From: Balanoglossus misakiensis | Taxonomy: Eukaryota; Animalia; Hemichordata | Direction of reading: 5' to 3' | NCBI GenBank assembly: GCA_040954595.2 | Contig: CM082587.2 | Span: 2,695,000 to 2,758,999, forward strand | DNA: 64,000 nucleotides | In this document: positions 27,501 through 38,844 of the stretch, one piece after another | Layout: every line of letters begins with the position of its first letter | Position numbering within the stretch: the first letter of the stretch is position 1 | The notes under the pieces: model-generated | Database searches by the model: none | What the model was told of the DNA's origin: nothing | What the model saw: the letters and a program-made list of their open reading frames with translations, nothing else | Position numbers and translations under genes: made by a program

Positions 27501-30500
27501 ATGCACAAGTTATGTTTGTACCATTGTTATGAGTGTTACATTGGTGGAAAAAAGAATGAATTTTTCTGTGATGGTGGCAGTGTACTGCTTTGAACAAAGT
27601 CTCTTTCACTCTCACGTACCTCTGGTAGAAATTTATGTTTTTTCGTGACCTGATATAACATTTCATGGGTCTCCATAGCTGGTTTGATGTCCCCTACCAA
27701 GACCTGTATACACAACAAACAGAGAGACAAATTAAGAGAGAATTTTGTCTTGAAAAAAACAACTGTAAACTTTTTCTACTCTGATATATTACCATTCAGA
27801 AACTTGCCATAAATTCTAAATTCTGTCGTATCACCACCATACTAAAACATTATCATGATTATTATCATTTTCACATATGCTGTTTCACACGTACCAGTAC
27901 CCCCCCCCCCCCCCCCTTAATTCAACAGGACTGTGTCTTACCTGTAAGCCAGGCCAGAATGCTAAGAGTGCGTCCATGAAATTCTTGGACTTTGTCAACG
28001 GTTTATGCATGTGCACATCAATCAGTAATGGACCGTTACTGACGTATCTCATTATAGCATCGTAATGCTGTAAAAGATGAAACAGAACACAGCAGTTATG
28101 TACACGAAGGGGAAAAAGGTCTTCCAGATATCCAAGATTACTTTCAGCGCTTATGAAAATCAATCTTGTGTCATGTTTTCTTTTTTCAAGAGTCACTCAC
28201 TTTGTTAAATCTGTCCAGGTAGATTTCTTCCCCCAGTAAGATGTACGCTTTGAGACAGTACTCATAGTACGAGTCAATGCCAGCACCAACACCACTCTCT
28301 GTTGAAGAACAACATAAATACATCATAAATGTACCTGCCAATGATGGGAGCAGTTGATTATGTTGTTCCTGTCTCTATGTATTATGCATGCAATCATTAC
28401 AAATCAAAAATAGACAAGCAACACAACCCAGTATAGGTAGATTGTACTGACCTCTCCTGACCCAGTCACCGTTGTGAATATTTATCGTTGTGCCAACTAA
28501 ATTATTACTTCTGTGTCTTTTCCCCCAGATATACTGCATTGCACGATGAGCTTTCTCCTGCAGAAGTAAAACACAAACATTTCATTTCTACTGGCGCACT
28601 ATGGAGCAATCTCAACACATTTGTTTGAGAAAGCTGAAACTAATACACTCTGAACCAGTTACATTACTAGTACATGTACATGTATGTTGGTCAACAAATT
28701 GTGGGTAAAACCATACACCTACCTCAAAAATGGTAATGCCGGTAAGTCTGCTGAGGGCAGCAAACTCCAGAATCATAGTGCCAGCGCAGGCCGTGCAGGT
28801 GTCTCTCTCGGTTCCTGTACGAGACTTGGCGTTATGTATACCATATTTCAGATTGACCTGGAATCCAGAAAATAGGGACTTGAGAAGTTAGTGTCATGTC
28901 TACTTGCAGTTGCAGGAAACAGAGAAAGGATCCTGATACTGATAAGGTCGGACTCACCCTAGGATAGGGCATACCAGTGGAAGTATTGAAAGCAGGCAGC
29001 AACCTGTATCCCATATCTTTGGCCATGGACAGCAACTCATCATTGTACCACTGCATCTTATTGGTCTGTTCCTTCAGCGCTAGTGCCATCACATGACCTC
29101 CCAATAACCCCCTGTAATGGACAGAAAATCATGCATCAAAATGAATGCATGAATACACAAATGCACACATGTATGCACACACACACACACACACTTACAT
29201 ACAGAGACAGACACACACATACATATACATAATACATTGCAACACGTCTTCATTTTCTCAGAGACAGAAAAGTTGGACTTACCCTAAAACTCTTATATTT
29301 GTTTCAAAAACTGAAACGACAATATCTGTGTCGAACGACACATCTTTTATGACCAGTCGGACAGCTTCTTCAAATTTGTCCAACTCCCCTAGTACTGCTA
29401 AAGTGTCGAGTGTGTCTATCAAAGTCAGGGAAAACCTGAAAGCAGAAAGAGGCTGAATTATGGTAATTGTCTGTCTCTGCTGCTGCTCCTTATATGCCGC
29501 CATATGATATTGTCTTACAGAAAAATGTATAAAATTTATGAACATACGTTACTGCAATAGAGCGAATGAACCACTCAATCAAATCATGCAATACACCTTG
29601 GAGGCCATTTGCTACGACTTCTCACCTCCCAAGTGCATCATCGATGTCCCCTCGACTAGTTTCTTCTCCTCGCACCCTCCCCTTGCAACTGAGGGGCATC
29701 AGTTCATCTGCAGGGTATGCATATGTCTGCAAAACACATACAAAAATTACCTAGTGTTTCCCAAATTTAAAGTGAATGTCCCCAATATACTGTAATTGCT
29801 CCTGGAGTAACACTGGTTCCAAATCATCAAAATATATGTTAGTTTACTTACCATGTAAGAATCATAGGCATGGTTGAACATTTCTACGACCTGTTCTCTG
29901 CAGAAAAAAAATACACAAGACCATTAAAAACAATAATGAGAAAATTGGTATTTTCCATCAATTAAATAAATTCATTCTTTTCCTCAGTTATACAAATTAA
30001 TAATTCAAAAGACACCATCGAGGCCAAGCTAAAAATAAAACTGATTTCAATTATTTTGCCCATCCATCTGTTTTACATAATATGATAATTGTGACACATC
30101 TGAACCATATGTTTGTTTTTCAGTGGAAAACATGTCTCGGAAGCTAAATGCCTGTACTACAGTGAGTGCATATGATACATCTGAAATGGAATGTAGATAA
30201 CATTTCTGTATAAAAGTACTAGTTTATAATTTAATGACACATTAACATGTGCATGATTAATCAATGCAGTCGACAGAACTATTGGTCGACCAAGTACATG
30301 TATTTCGGAGTTTCTAAGAAACCAGGCACATTTCTATATCTTTTCCACCTATTGACGTGGATTGATTCCGGGTGTCACTCGGTGGTTACATACAAAAACT
30401 GCCTCAACCAACTATGGACACGGCCATGCCCAATAAAACTGGGATTCAGCATGGCCCACTTGTTAGTTTGTTCATTGTTGTACACGTACATCTACATCAT

Positions 30501-30840
30501 ACATCATTGTGTACATAACATGTACATGTACTACGCAACCGGGATACCCGGAACTGAACTGGAAGTTTGGGATGTCCTGGCTAACACGGTGGCACTGCCA
30601 TATTTACATGCGGTGGAAATGCCACGCAGAATTACGACAAAGCTTTATTATCTACTACATGTATACATATCCATTTGCGTAACACTTCCTGCATTTTGTG
30701 GCGAATCCAATGCAATGCAATGATACTCACTTGAGTTCTTTCTTATCAAGCGTCTTGGCATGGCAATGGAAGTATTCCTGGCTGTAGAAAAATGTTATTG
30801 ATATACAAAATAAAGTCCTCAGAGGGTACCGTGCCCCCAT
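23437..30840 (-). CDS. EDEM3: ER degradation-enhancing alpha-mannosidase-like protein 3; complete 20-exon CDS, ~1164 aa
   Basis: Twenty GT-AG-bounded exons join in frame (3495 nt). N-terminal hydrophobic signal-like segment; GH47 motifs ([88 protein letters not shown]); PA domain ([27 protein letters not shown]); C-terminal KDEL. PA domain plus KDEL distinguishes EDEM3 from EDEM1/2. Confidence 0.96.
24687..24915 (-). CDS. EDEM3: EDEM3 exon 19 (PA domain)
   Basis: [24 protein letters not shown]...AMSGDG...; donor g|gtgagt. Confidence 0.9.
25022..25141 (-). CDS. EDEM3: EDEM3 exon 18 (PA domain)
   Basis: [14 protein letters not shown]...[14 protein letters not shown]. Confidence 0.93.
25365..25471 (-). 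CDS. EDEM3: EDEM3 exon 17
   Basis: [35 protein letters not shown]. Confidence 0.92.
25771..25852 (-). CDS. EDEM3: EDEM3 exon 16
   Basis: [27 protein letters not shown]. Confidence 0.92.
26019..26160 (-). CDS. EDEM3: EDEM3 exon 15
   Basis: [13 protein letters not shown]...[24 protein letters not shown]. Confidence 0.9.
26529..26707 (-). CDS. EDEM3: EDEM3 exon 14 (linker)
   Basis: EAPPEVLEY...RTCPN...FNMPK; phases 0/2 fit the neighbouring exons. Confidence 0.85.
26801..26969 (-). CDS. EDEM3: EDEM3 exon 13
   Basis: [17 protein letters not shown]...[12 protein letters not shown]. Confidence 0.95.
27101..27225 (-). CDS. EDEM3: EDEM3 exon 12
   Basis: [12 protein letters not shown]...[20 protein letters not shown]. 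Confidence 0.95.
27371..27454 (-). CDS. EDEM3: EDEM3 exon 11
   Basis: [28 protein letters not shown]. Confidence 0.95.
27620..27703 (-). CDS. EDEM3: EDEM3 exon 10
   Basis: [28 protein letters not shown]. Confidence 0.94.
27900..27916. repeat. Poly-C tract (C17) in EDEM3 intron 9
   Basis: Direct read of the sequence. Confidence 0.9.
27942..28067 (-). CDS. EDEM3: EDEM3 exon 9
   Basis: HYDAIMRYV...[13 protein letters not shown]. Confidence 0.95.
28201..28298 (-). CDS. EDEM3: EDEM3 exon 8
   Basis: [32 protein letters not shown]. Confidence 0.95.
28452..28557 (-). CDS. EDEM3: EDEM3 exon 7
   Basis: [35 protein letters not shown]. Confidence 0.93.
28723..28857 (-). CDS. EDEM3: EDEM3 exon 6
   Basis: VNLKYG...[26 protein letters not shown]. 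Confidence 0.95.
28958..29111 (-). CDS. EDEM3: EDEM3 exon 5
   Basis: [10 protein letters not shown]...[15 protein letters not shown]. Confidence 0.95.
29160..29236. repeat. Imperfect (CA)n/(TACA)n microsatellite in EDEM3 intron 4
   Basis: cacacacacacacacac... and acat units. Confidence 0.8.
29283..29435 (-). CDS. EDEM3: EDEM3 exon 4
   Basis: [16 protein letters not shown]...[12 protein letters not shown]. Confidence 0.95.
29626..29726 (-). CDS. EDEM3: EDEM3 exon 3
   Basis: [33 protein letters not shown]; GT-AG bounded. Confidence 0.93.
29852..29897 (-). CDS. EDEM3: EDEM3 exon 2
   Basis: ctgcag|..[15 protein letters not shown]|gtaagt. Confidence 0.92.
30731..30840 (-). CDS. EDEM3: EDEM3 exon 1 (start codon, signal-like segment)
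   Basis: accATGG, then [36 protein letters not shown], then donor gtgagt; phase matches exon 2. Confidence 0.85.
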
Positions 30841-30930
30841 GGTCGCCCCGTCTTCCTCCTACACTCTATTTACCGGCAATTCAATCTCACTGTCAGGTCA
30901 TTCTGGTGTTGTGGCTCGTTCCTACTCATC

Positions 30931-30987
30931 GGCCATTTTGTGCGGAAGTCTCGCTCGCTCACGCGTGACTATGCGCGGCGACGTGGC
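30931..30987 (-). promoter_or_regulatory. EDEM3 proximal promoter with YY1-like, ETS-like and XBP1/UPRE-like motifs
   Basis: GGCCATTTT (30931-30939), CGGAAGT (30943-30949) and GACGTGGC (30980-30987), about 90-150 bp upstream of the ATG at the edge of a CpG-rich zone. Confidence 0.5.
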
Positions 30988-33900
30988 AGAACGCGTTCAC
31001 GTATATCGATGTTCTTTTGTTTGTCTTTTGTATACGTCAGGTAAAACATTTGGTATTGTGGTCATGTGATATGACGCAGAGATCCGAGGCAATTACCTAT
31101 ATGTGATGCCCATGAGATAATTCTCATTTCGAGCAATATTAACTTTTCATTTTAATGTAATTTATAAAGAAAAACCAACTATTCTAACTTTTGCAATCTT
31201 TGATAGTTTCCCTAAGCAATTAAGCGCGTAGCGTGCTGTTGCAAAGATTGAGACATTTCTCCAACGTTTATATTTTACATAATCAGACAGGAAAGCGAGA
31301 AGATGCCACGTTGAAAATTACCAACAAGGGCGGTCTTGATATTACACCGTTGATAGAGGGCGCGCTTTGAGCGAAGGAAAACGCACAGGTAACATATCGA
31401 GTGAACTTTTACTACACTTTATTACATGTGGCACACATGTGTGACGCAAATCTTGCCTCCAGAATCCAAACGTATAACCAGGTGTGTACCACTGATTAGA
31501 TTACCCATACACCCACGTTTTTTCAGATCAGTTACAAAGCTTTCCATCCTCGCAAGGGTTATTCGAAAGAGCGAACTGCATTAGCCATTAGCCAGGAAAA
31601 AAGCTTGAATAATTGCATCTATTTCGGGAAACCAAAACTCGTCAGAACGTGGGCGCTTCGTTAACCCAATCGCCATACCCACCAGCGTCGAATATCTCAA
31701 ATTCCTCTTTCCATGCATATATCTTTAAGGCGATAGATGTCGGCACAGCGGATTGTTTAAATTCGCAATAAATCGTCGCAGGAATGTCAGGTCTGGGCGC
31801 AATAACGGTCGTAAATGCAGCTAACAAGCTTACACGTATCCGCAATTTGATTGCCCTTGTTATTATTATGGTATACTCGTATTTTCTGCGTCTTTGGGTA
31901 AAGTGAGTGATTTCACCTGGGGGGTTTCCAATAGCCTGGGATCGGATCACCGTGAAATGAACACGGTGGCGATTAGAGGTAATTTCGCACAACCCGGCAT
32001 AGCTAGCCATCGGAACGTGATTGGGTTTTCTTATTTTTTCCCGTTGGGGGAATGTTTGACGACCCGGAACAATCCCACAAGGCCGACTGATTCATTTGTA
32101 TATGTCCCCCTCTGGCCTGTTGGCCCAGAAAACTGGAACAATAGAGTTTTGTTCTTTGGATGCCAAGGTCGCTGGGCGTCACGGTCAGGTTCGCATTATC
32201 GGAGTCTAAAGATAGCATGAAAGCAACCCTATGACGGCAGCCTCCCCACCAATTAAAATCCAAATGCGGATGATTTCATATCACACGGTCCCGGATGCGC
32301 CGATCAGACATCATCATCTCCATGGCAATAATGGGACTGTGGCCCCTTCCTCGCCCGTTCTCGCCCTGATAATAATGTATTTGCGTCATGGCGAATCGTG
32401 TACGATTCCGACAAGCACATATCGATCTAAACAGTGGCGTAAATCTTCATACGGTTGAACGTCCTTTTGGGACTCCTAAATTTCACGAATTTCTAAATCC
32501 AGGACATGATCCTAATGTTATGTGGCTCTACAACGCCCGCGGCGCCCTTTGGGTTGTCTCGCGAAGTCGAATGACGTCCAAAACGCGTTGCTCGTGCTCG
32601 TTTAGGTCACGACTTCGGGATTTTTCACCTTTGTACAGGATCTTTGCTTACTAACAAGAAGGAAATCCCTGACTCTGCATCGATGGTATTTACCCCGGTA
32701 TATGGACGTTGCCTTATTAACGGACCATAGTCGATCGATCCATCACGACCGCCTTGCTGCACGCCTTTTCCCTTTGTCACACTCACTTAAAAACTCTCTG
32801 ATCCATCCCCATCGATCGCTTTATACTCCTCACCATTATAATCCGACCTCTCGGAACACTTCAATTTGTATACTTGCGGCCTTGTCTGATTGATTACCAT
32901 AATACAACAGATTGTTCACTCGTCCACTGGCCGTGACCGCTTGGCATAGAGCTTCTGCGTGCTATTAATAAAACATCGAGAAATCCAGCAATACGCGTAT
33001 GCACTTAAGTTTGTTGAAGCAAATGATTGCTGACTGTGCGACGATGGGCAACTATAGGGAAATCGTCCCACGCGAGTCAATTTACTTAGTGCATTTTTGC
33101 ATTTGATAATTCAACAACTGTAAACTAAGAGGCGTCAGGAATATTGTAGTGATATATATGTAGAGTGGTGGCGTTGCCAATACAGACAGAATCCGCACAT
33201 GTCGGGATAGGCTTGCCATTACAATCGCATTAAAACTTTAATCGACCTTGAGTGTTTGATGTCACCGATACATCGTCCCCTGGCTGTTAGAGTGACCCGA
33301 GCCCGACCTTTGTCATATGTCGCCGTGTGCGTCGGGCAAATGCGTTTTGATACCGTACTCAAGAAATCTCTCTGGTAGATGTATATACACTGGCGTCTGA
33401 GTTATTCAAAAGCACTTAATGTAAATTTATCATATCAAGCGGAAAATATTTTAAGTGTGTTCCCAATAATATCGAAATGCCCGGTCACGTTTCTACATCA
33501 TCCTTCCACTGTGTTGTTAGTGATTTAATACCGACGGGGATAAGTTGACCCATACTCGCTCATTTTTTGGATTCGAAATCGGTGAAAACATAGATGAGGA
33601 GAGCTAAATAACGCTTATGAATGCCTTCGGTTGATTATAACTGCAGATAACCATCCCAATTAGTTTGTCTATCGAGTAAAAGCAGTGTAGCGTTACAGTA
33701 ATTGCCCAGTCCATCACCTGAAAAGTCCGAGAAAATGTTCCATCTGATGACTGCGTAGAATTCTCCGACGAGGTAATTATTCTCAGCAGGACACGGTTGC
33801 GTCGCGGCGTGATGTGACTTTCTCGCGCGGTGACAGCGAGTTCTCACCCGAGGCTGATACCTGTAATCTGGGACACGGATCGGCTTTATGGCCCCCGTAT

Positions 33901-34849
33901 CTCATTCACGGCGTAAAAGTTTAACCGTCGTCTTGGAAACGAGCCATAAATCAGCATCAAAAACGGTCAGCGCGAGTCACGTATTCAACCGCTTGAGCTG
34001 GAGATCTTATACAGCGTCCACCGCGGGCTCTGCTCTAATAGACTCTCTTCAAGTACTAAATCCAATTCAGACAATCCTGGAATATTGTGCGCGTTCCCCC
34101 CCCCCCCCCCAGTATTCGTCCTCCGCCATGGTGACGGTTAAATTTCCGCCCTGATCCGTCGCTGAATCTAACGCTTTTGTGAGAATTTGATGTTTCATTT
34201 TAGCATTTTCAAGTCAATTTCCGCATTTTCTTGTGTAATGGCTGTCGCACATAAACACGCTGCCTCTTATTAAGGACAATTCCGCATTGTGCGCTGCCTG
34301 TCATGTTATCCCGAGGCCTGGCGAGACTTCGTTATCCCGACCTAAAACGAGATCACTTTGTGTTTTCTCTGAGATATATTTGAGTTTGCAACTAGGTAAT
34401 AAAAGAAATACAACAGAATACAACACAACCTCTTGGTTTAAGAGATATTTCGGGACATGTGCATGAAAGGTGTGCCAACTTGTAGCGGAAATGTGAGACT
34501 TCCCCTGAAACGCGAAAACTGTGCCGTATCCATGGAAACGGAATTCAAGGTTTTGCATTTGACCTTGGCAGGGGGTCTGATGCAAGAAGCACTTCAGATG
34601 CGCGATTTCCCATGGACATGAACGTCTTCCCCCCCCCCCCCACTTTTTTTAACATTCAAAACGTGTCCGTTTAGATTAAGATGTTGTCGCGCAGATCGAT
34701 AACGAGGTCTAAGGAGGGAACATTAAAAGCGCGTCATTTTCTTCAACCTGCCACAGCCGGAGGGTTCACTGTAATAGAATAAATATCCAAGTAGCGTCAA
34801 CCTCTATGTTTACACTGTTAAAATATATTGGATGTATATAGTATGTATT

Positions 34850-35000
34850 ATAATATACAAAACATACTATATATACACAATACATACTATATACAATACA
34901 TACTATATACTACATATACAATACATATTATATACTATATATACAATACATACTATATACTATATACTATATATATACAATACAATCATACTATATACAC
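34850..35000. repeat. AT-rich compound micro/minisatellite (ATACAATACATACTATAT-like units)
   Basis: Visible tandem TATAC/ATACA units. Confidence 0.85.
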
Positions 35001-37590
35001 TGTGTGTGTCTATTGAACTACGCATAGTGATAACATCTGGATTATTTTAAAGACTCAAAGGACCATGGCAACGAGAGAGTGACTCGACCCGAGATCATGA
35101 CGTTGATACTGAGCGACTTGATTGCATCGCGTGATGAAGGAACATAAGCTGGATGTGCGTTTCGCGTTGCTTTTTGTTTGCCTAGGTAGGACGCATTAAT
35201 TATGGAAGAAGCAGTCCGTGTGTATAAATATACTTTTTTCTCCGATGCGTAAATAATTTAACAGATACGGAATATCGCAGAAAACGACGGTTTTTCATAA
35301 TTGATGGCATGGCTTGCTGACATTCAGCTAAGGCCCCAGGGCTTGAGGGGTTTGTGCCTGTCAGTAAACATGATGCGGCTCGCTGATAGAGAAGGAAAGA
35401 AAACCCTTTTTATTTTAGACATGTGGGTCTATCTCTCTCTTATCTCCCAGGATTTGAAACAGCTTGTTTCAGCGAGACGCATGAAATCTTATTTAAAGGC
35501 AGCTGGCATTTGCCCTTTTCTCTCTGTCTCTCTCCTTTTTTTCTAAGCGTTGCACCGTGAAAGTCTTCGCGTATGATTTATCCAATGTCGGCATGTTTCA
35601 AATTGGAAGGACTCCCCTCCCCACCGACATTTGCGTAAAATGAATTAACCGGGGAAAAAGAAACGGAAAATAAAGACGGACGAGTCGTTGCTATGGTAAC
35701 TGCAGCCGGTTATTACGTGGGGACTGGTGGATTTCGTTGAACTGGCGTGGTTAAGGGAGAAATCAGCACCGGCGATGATGTGTGGTGACGGGTGTAGTGA
35801 GGGTTTGGGGATTGACTGCGCGGTACGACACGAGCGCTCGCTGGGGTTTATACGTTTGAAAGGTCACGCCGAAAAAAGGATGACCTCGGCAAAGAAGCGA
35901 CACAATGCATGGCGGTATACAGTTCCCCGACCCGTTCTTTTTATCTCCGGATTGAAATAAGGCTGTTTCTGATGGAAGCTTTACAACCCCAACAATAAGC
36001 AGCCTCACAAAAAGGAGGCTTGGTTAGAAAAAAAAACGCTTTGGATAAAACGGCACACCCCCTGAACAATAACGTGACAAACGCCGTGCACTTTAGGGCG
36101 GAAAGCACAGCCGGGTGATATCACTATTTAGCTTATAATTCACGTCTACGCGTCAAACGACATTATTTGAATTTCGCCCCTGAACGTGGCAACTTCCATT
36201 CAGGCTGTCCTATCACGAGGACAACGGAGGTGGCCCAACCTACAAACCGATCGATGATAGCACAACAGAATAATCACCAAACAAGACTGCATTATATTTT
36301 AATATCGGATATGTTTTTCATTCTCTCCATCCTGCACGACATTGTGCGAGGTCGTGAAATTATACACTCCATTCTCATTTCTATGCAACCATTTACATCC
36401 AAATTAGCAAACGTCCCTGAAATAAACGATGGTTAACAACCGATATTCCCAACTGCCTGTGTCGCAGGTGAACTTAATTGCAAATAATGAGCAACGCAAA
36501 AACAGGAAGAAGATCCTGTGTTTTCATCATCGATAGTGTTAATTTCACTACTTCGTTGATATCAGTTTGTAAATACATGTACTGAGAAACTTCGACAGTT
36601 TGGCGATATCGGTTGCTTGCATGCAGGTGTTATCAAAAATCATTCCATCGCTTGTATGTGGCTGTGCTTCCTGAATGTACCGTGCTCTGGCACATTTGCA
36701 TCTTGGCGCGGAAATAATATATTCTCATTTAAATATTTATAATAAAAAGGGACATCCATTAAATCTAGAACTCTCTAGTCAGGAAAACATCGGGTTTTGA
36801 TTCGCGCTTCTGTAGAGAAAATCGTGCGTGGGCTGCTGGAGGATTATCTCGTGAAAATCGATCCCTCTTTGAATGAGCCACTGGGTAGAGTCACCTGCAT
36901 GTAGCACATGCTTTGATCAGCATGAAAGATGAATATTTACAGAGTTAATTTTTGGCAAAAGACAAACACGACCTGCTTGAAAAGGTGCAGAAATTCATTC
37001 CTGGAACGAGTGCTAAAATTGGCATCTCGGTGACGTGTTCATGTGTGTCCGGGCAACGATTGTCGGTTCGGGTTTTTTATTTCTCGTGGCGTCATCACCT
37101 GAGTGACCTGCAACCTGCGGGTCAATTAAATCTACGCAGTACATCATCCCTGACCGCCAATATCATGACAGACATCCAAATATTTGCGGTTTCCGGCTTG
37201 TTTGATATCGGCCAGAAATATCTAACCTTCTCCATGCACGCTGTACCGGTGGCAATATTTCAAATCGACTGCTTCAAAACATCCGTTTTTGAGAGGTGGC
37301 AATTCACAAGCCATGCAGCTTCCCTTTTGAATGCAAGGTTTTCTGATAACGACTGTAAACATCTTGGCAGATCCTGCGTCGTTAATTTGGTGTTAGGAAA
37401 CCGTTCCAGGTGGTGTGCGGTACCACACGACGTAATTAATTCCTGGAATTCAATATCAAAAAGATGTACTGCTGATAAGCCTCTCCGCAGACAAGAACGG
37501 ACAACCTGTTAAGTTCCTTAAAATGTTGGTTTTAACATCTGTTTTCGGTACATCAAAGTAACTACTATTTAGAACACACGAACAAGTGTT

Positions 37591-37596
37591 TTTAAT
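37591..37596 (-). terminator. Candidate polyadenylation signal (ATTAAA) of the coiled-coil gene
   Basis: ATTAAA on the minus strand ~225 nt after the stop codon. Confidence 0.4.
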
Positions 37597-37821
37597 GAAG
37601 TGAAACACTCTGAGCACCAGGTGATCGGATCATGATAGAAACTCAAAATGTCACGTGGTAAGTGGGTTGATGACGAGATGACAAAAAACAGTACAAAAGC
37701 AGCCATCGGGTGTTCGGAAAACATAAAAATCAACTTCCTTGGCCAAGCCCCCATGGCTTGCAAAGGTTACACGCTCGGGACCTCAGACACTAATGATCTC
37801 GCAGTAATGATCTGGTTCGCG

Positions 37822-38475
37822 TCAGAAATAGCTAATGGTGTTAGCTCGCATGTGTTTGAACGCCGCCGGCGTGATACGGGTTCGTTTCACTACAACATTG
37901 CGAGCATTGTCTTCGTACACATCCACCATGTCATCCTTGAAACGCACACGGTTCGTAGACGACGGTGGTGGCGGCGGTGGCGATGGCGACGGGGTTTGTC
38001 TCGCTTCAGCAACGTGGGCTGTCGGTTCCCCTTCGACGTCGCTGTTCTCGCGGCTGACGTCGGAGCCGTTGAAACCGTTGACGCAACACTCGACCCCCGT
38101 CGACGTCGTCGGATTCAGACGCAACTTGTTAAGCGCTTCCACTAGTTTCAGATTGGCGGCGTTCAGCGAGTTGATTTTCTTCTCTTGCTGGGCGATAACC
38201 TTGTCTTTCTCTGTCAACTTGTTCACAATCGTCCGCTGCTCCTTGCGCAGTTCTCCTTCCAAAAACATCAAATTGGAGACAATTTCTTTCATATCGTTGT
38301 CCATTTTCCGGGCTTGTTTCATGAGTTTCTGCTCGCCTTCTTCAAGCCGCAACTTCCAAGCCGCTATCAGTTGTTTGGTCCGCATTTTCTGAATGTCCAT
38401 CTGTTTCTGAGCCTGTGCATGGGTTCTGTCAGCTGCCTCAAGTTTTCTTTTCAGTACCTCTATTTCCTGCTCCAA
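37822..38475 (-). CDS. Coiled-coil paralogue, coding exon 2 (coiled coil, Pro run, RVRF, terminal ISYF)
   Basis: 217-codon open frame after a polypyrimidine tract and CAG acceptor; heptad pattern; homology to the RasGAP tail. Confidence 0.9.
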   Translation of the reverse strand: MEQEIEVLKRKLEAADRTHAQAQKQMDIQKMRTKQLIAAWKLRLEEGEQKLMKQARKMDNDMKEIVSNLMFLEGELRKEQRTIVNKLTEKDKVIAQQEKKINSLNAANLKLVEALNKLRLNPTTSTGVECCVNGFNGSDVSRENSDVEGEPTAHVAEARQTPSPSPPPPPPSSTNRVRFKDDMVDVYEDNARNVVVKRTRITPAAFKHMRANTISYF

Positions 38476-38844
38476 CTGAGAGAGGGGGGACCGGGAGAGG
38501 GGGAGGGAGAGAGAGAGCGAGAGAATGTTTTGTGACCATCTGGTATTTTAAGTCATTTTGAAAGTACGTTTCAGGGCAAAATAAAACTAACAAAGCCTCC
38601 AAAAGCGCGCAGACAATGCTGCATTGCTTACAAGTACAAAGGAGACGTCGATTGATTGCTTGCAGCATTAGGAACGAACGTTGACCGATTCTGGGCGATT
38701 GTTGTTACAAGAGAAAAACGCTTTTGACAACAATGGGTCCCGTTCCCATGCATGGTTTAATAGTTCACCCCTTACCTGCTCTCGGCTGATGTGTCCATCA
38801 TCGCTCTGCTCGCCAACTTCCCGGTCGTCGGCTTCTGCGGCCAT
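37822..38844 (-). CDS. Stand-alone SynGAP/DAB2IP-type coiled-coil protein (2 coding exons, 240 aa); paralogue of the adjacent RasGAP C-terminus
   Basis: Exon 38776-38844 (aacATGG, in-frame TGA 5 codons upstream, MAAEADDREVGEQSDDGHISREQ|gtaag) joins in phase 0 to exon 37822-38475 (ctctctcag|LEQEIEVLKRKLE...ISYF*). 44/118 ungapped identities to the RasGAP coiled coil encoded at 49927-50129 + 45671-45923. Confidence 0.85.
38776..38844 (-). CDS. Coiled-coil paralogue, coding exon 1
   Basis: Good-context ATG, 23 codons, strong CAG|GTAAG donor, phase 0. Confidence 0.72.

Noticed and set aside
34828-35050. Tyr/Ile-rich ORFs
   Set aside because: Translation of an AT-rich microsatellite.
36952-37512. 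186-aa plus-strand ORF
   Set aside because: Starts at TTG, has no recognisable domain or splice context, and its composition looks random.
37648-38535. Three overlapping plus-strand ORFs of 116-185 aa
   Set aside because: Antisense frames of the GC-rich coiled-coil exon; no independent coding signature.
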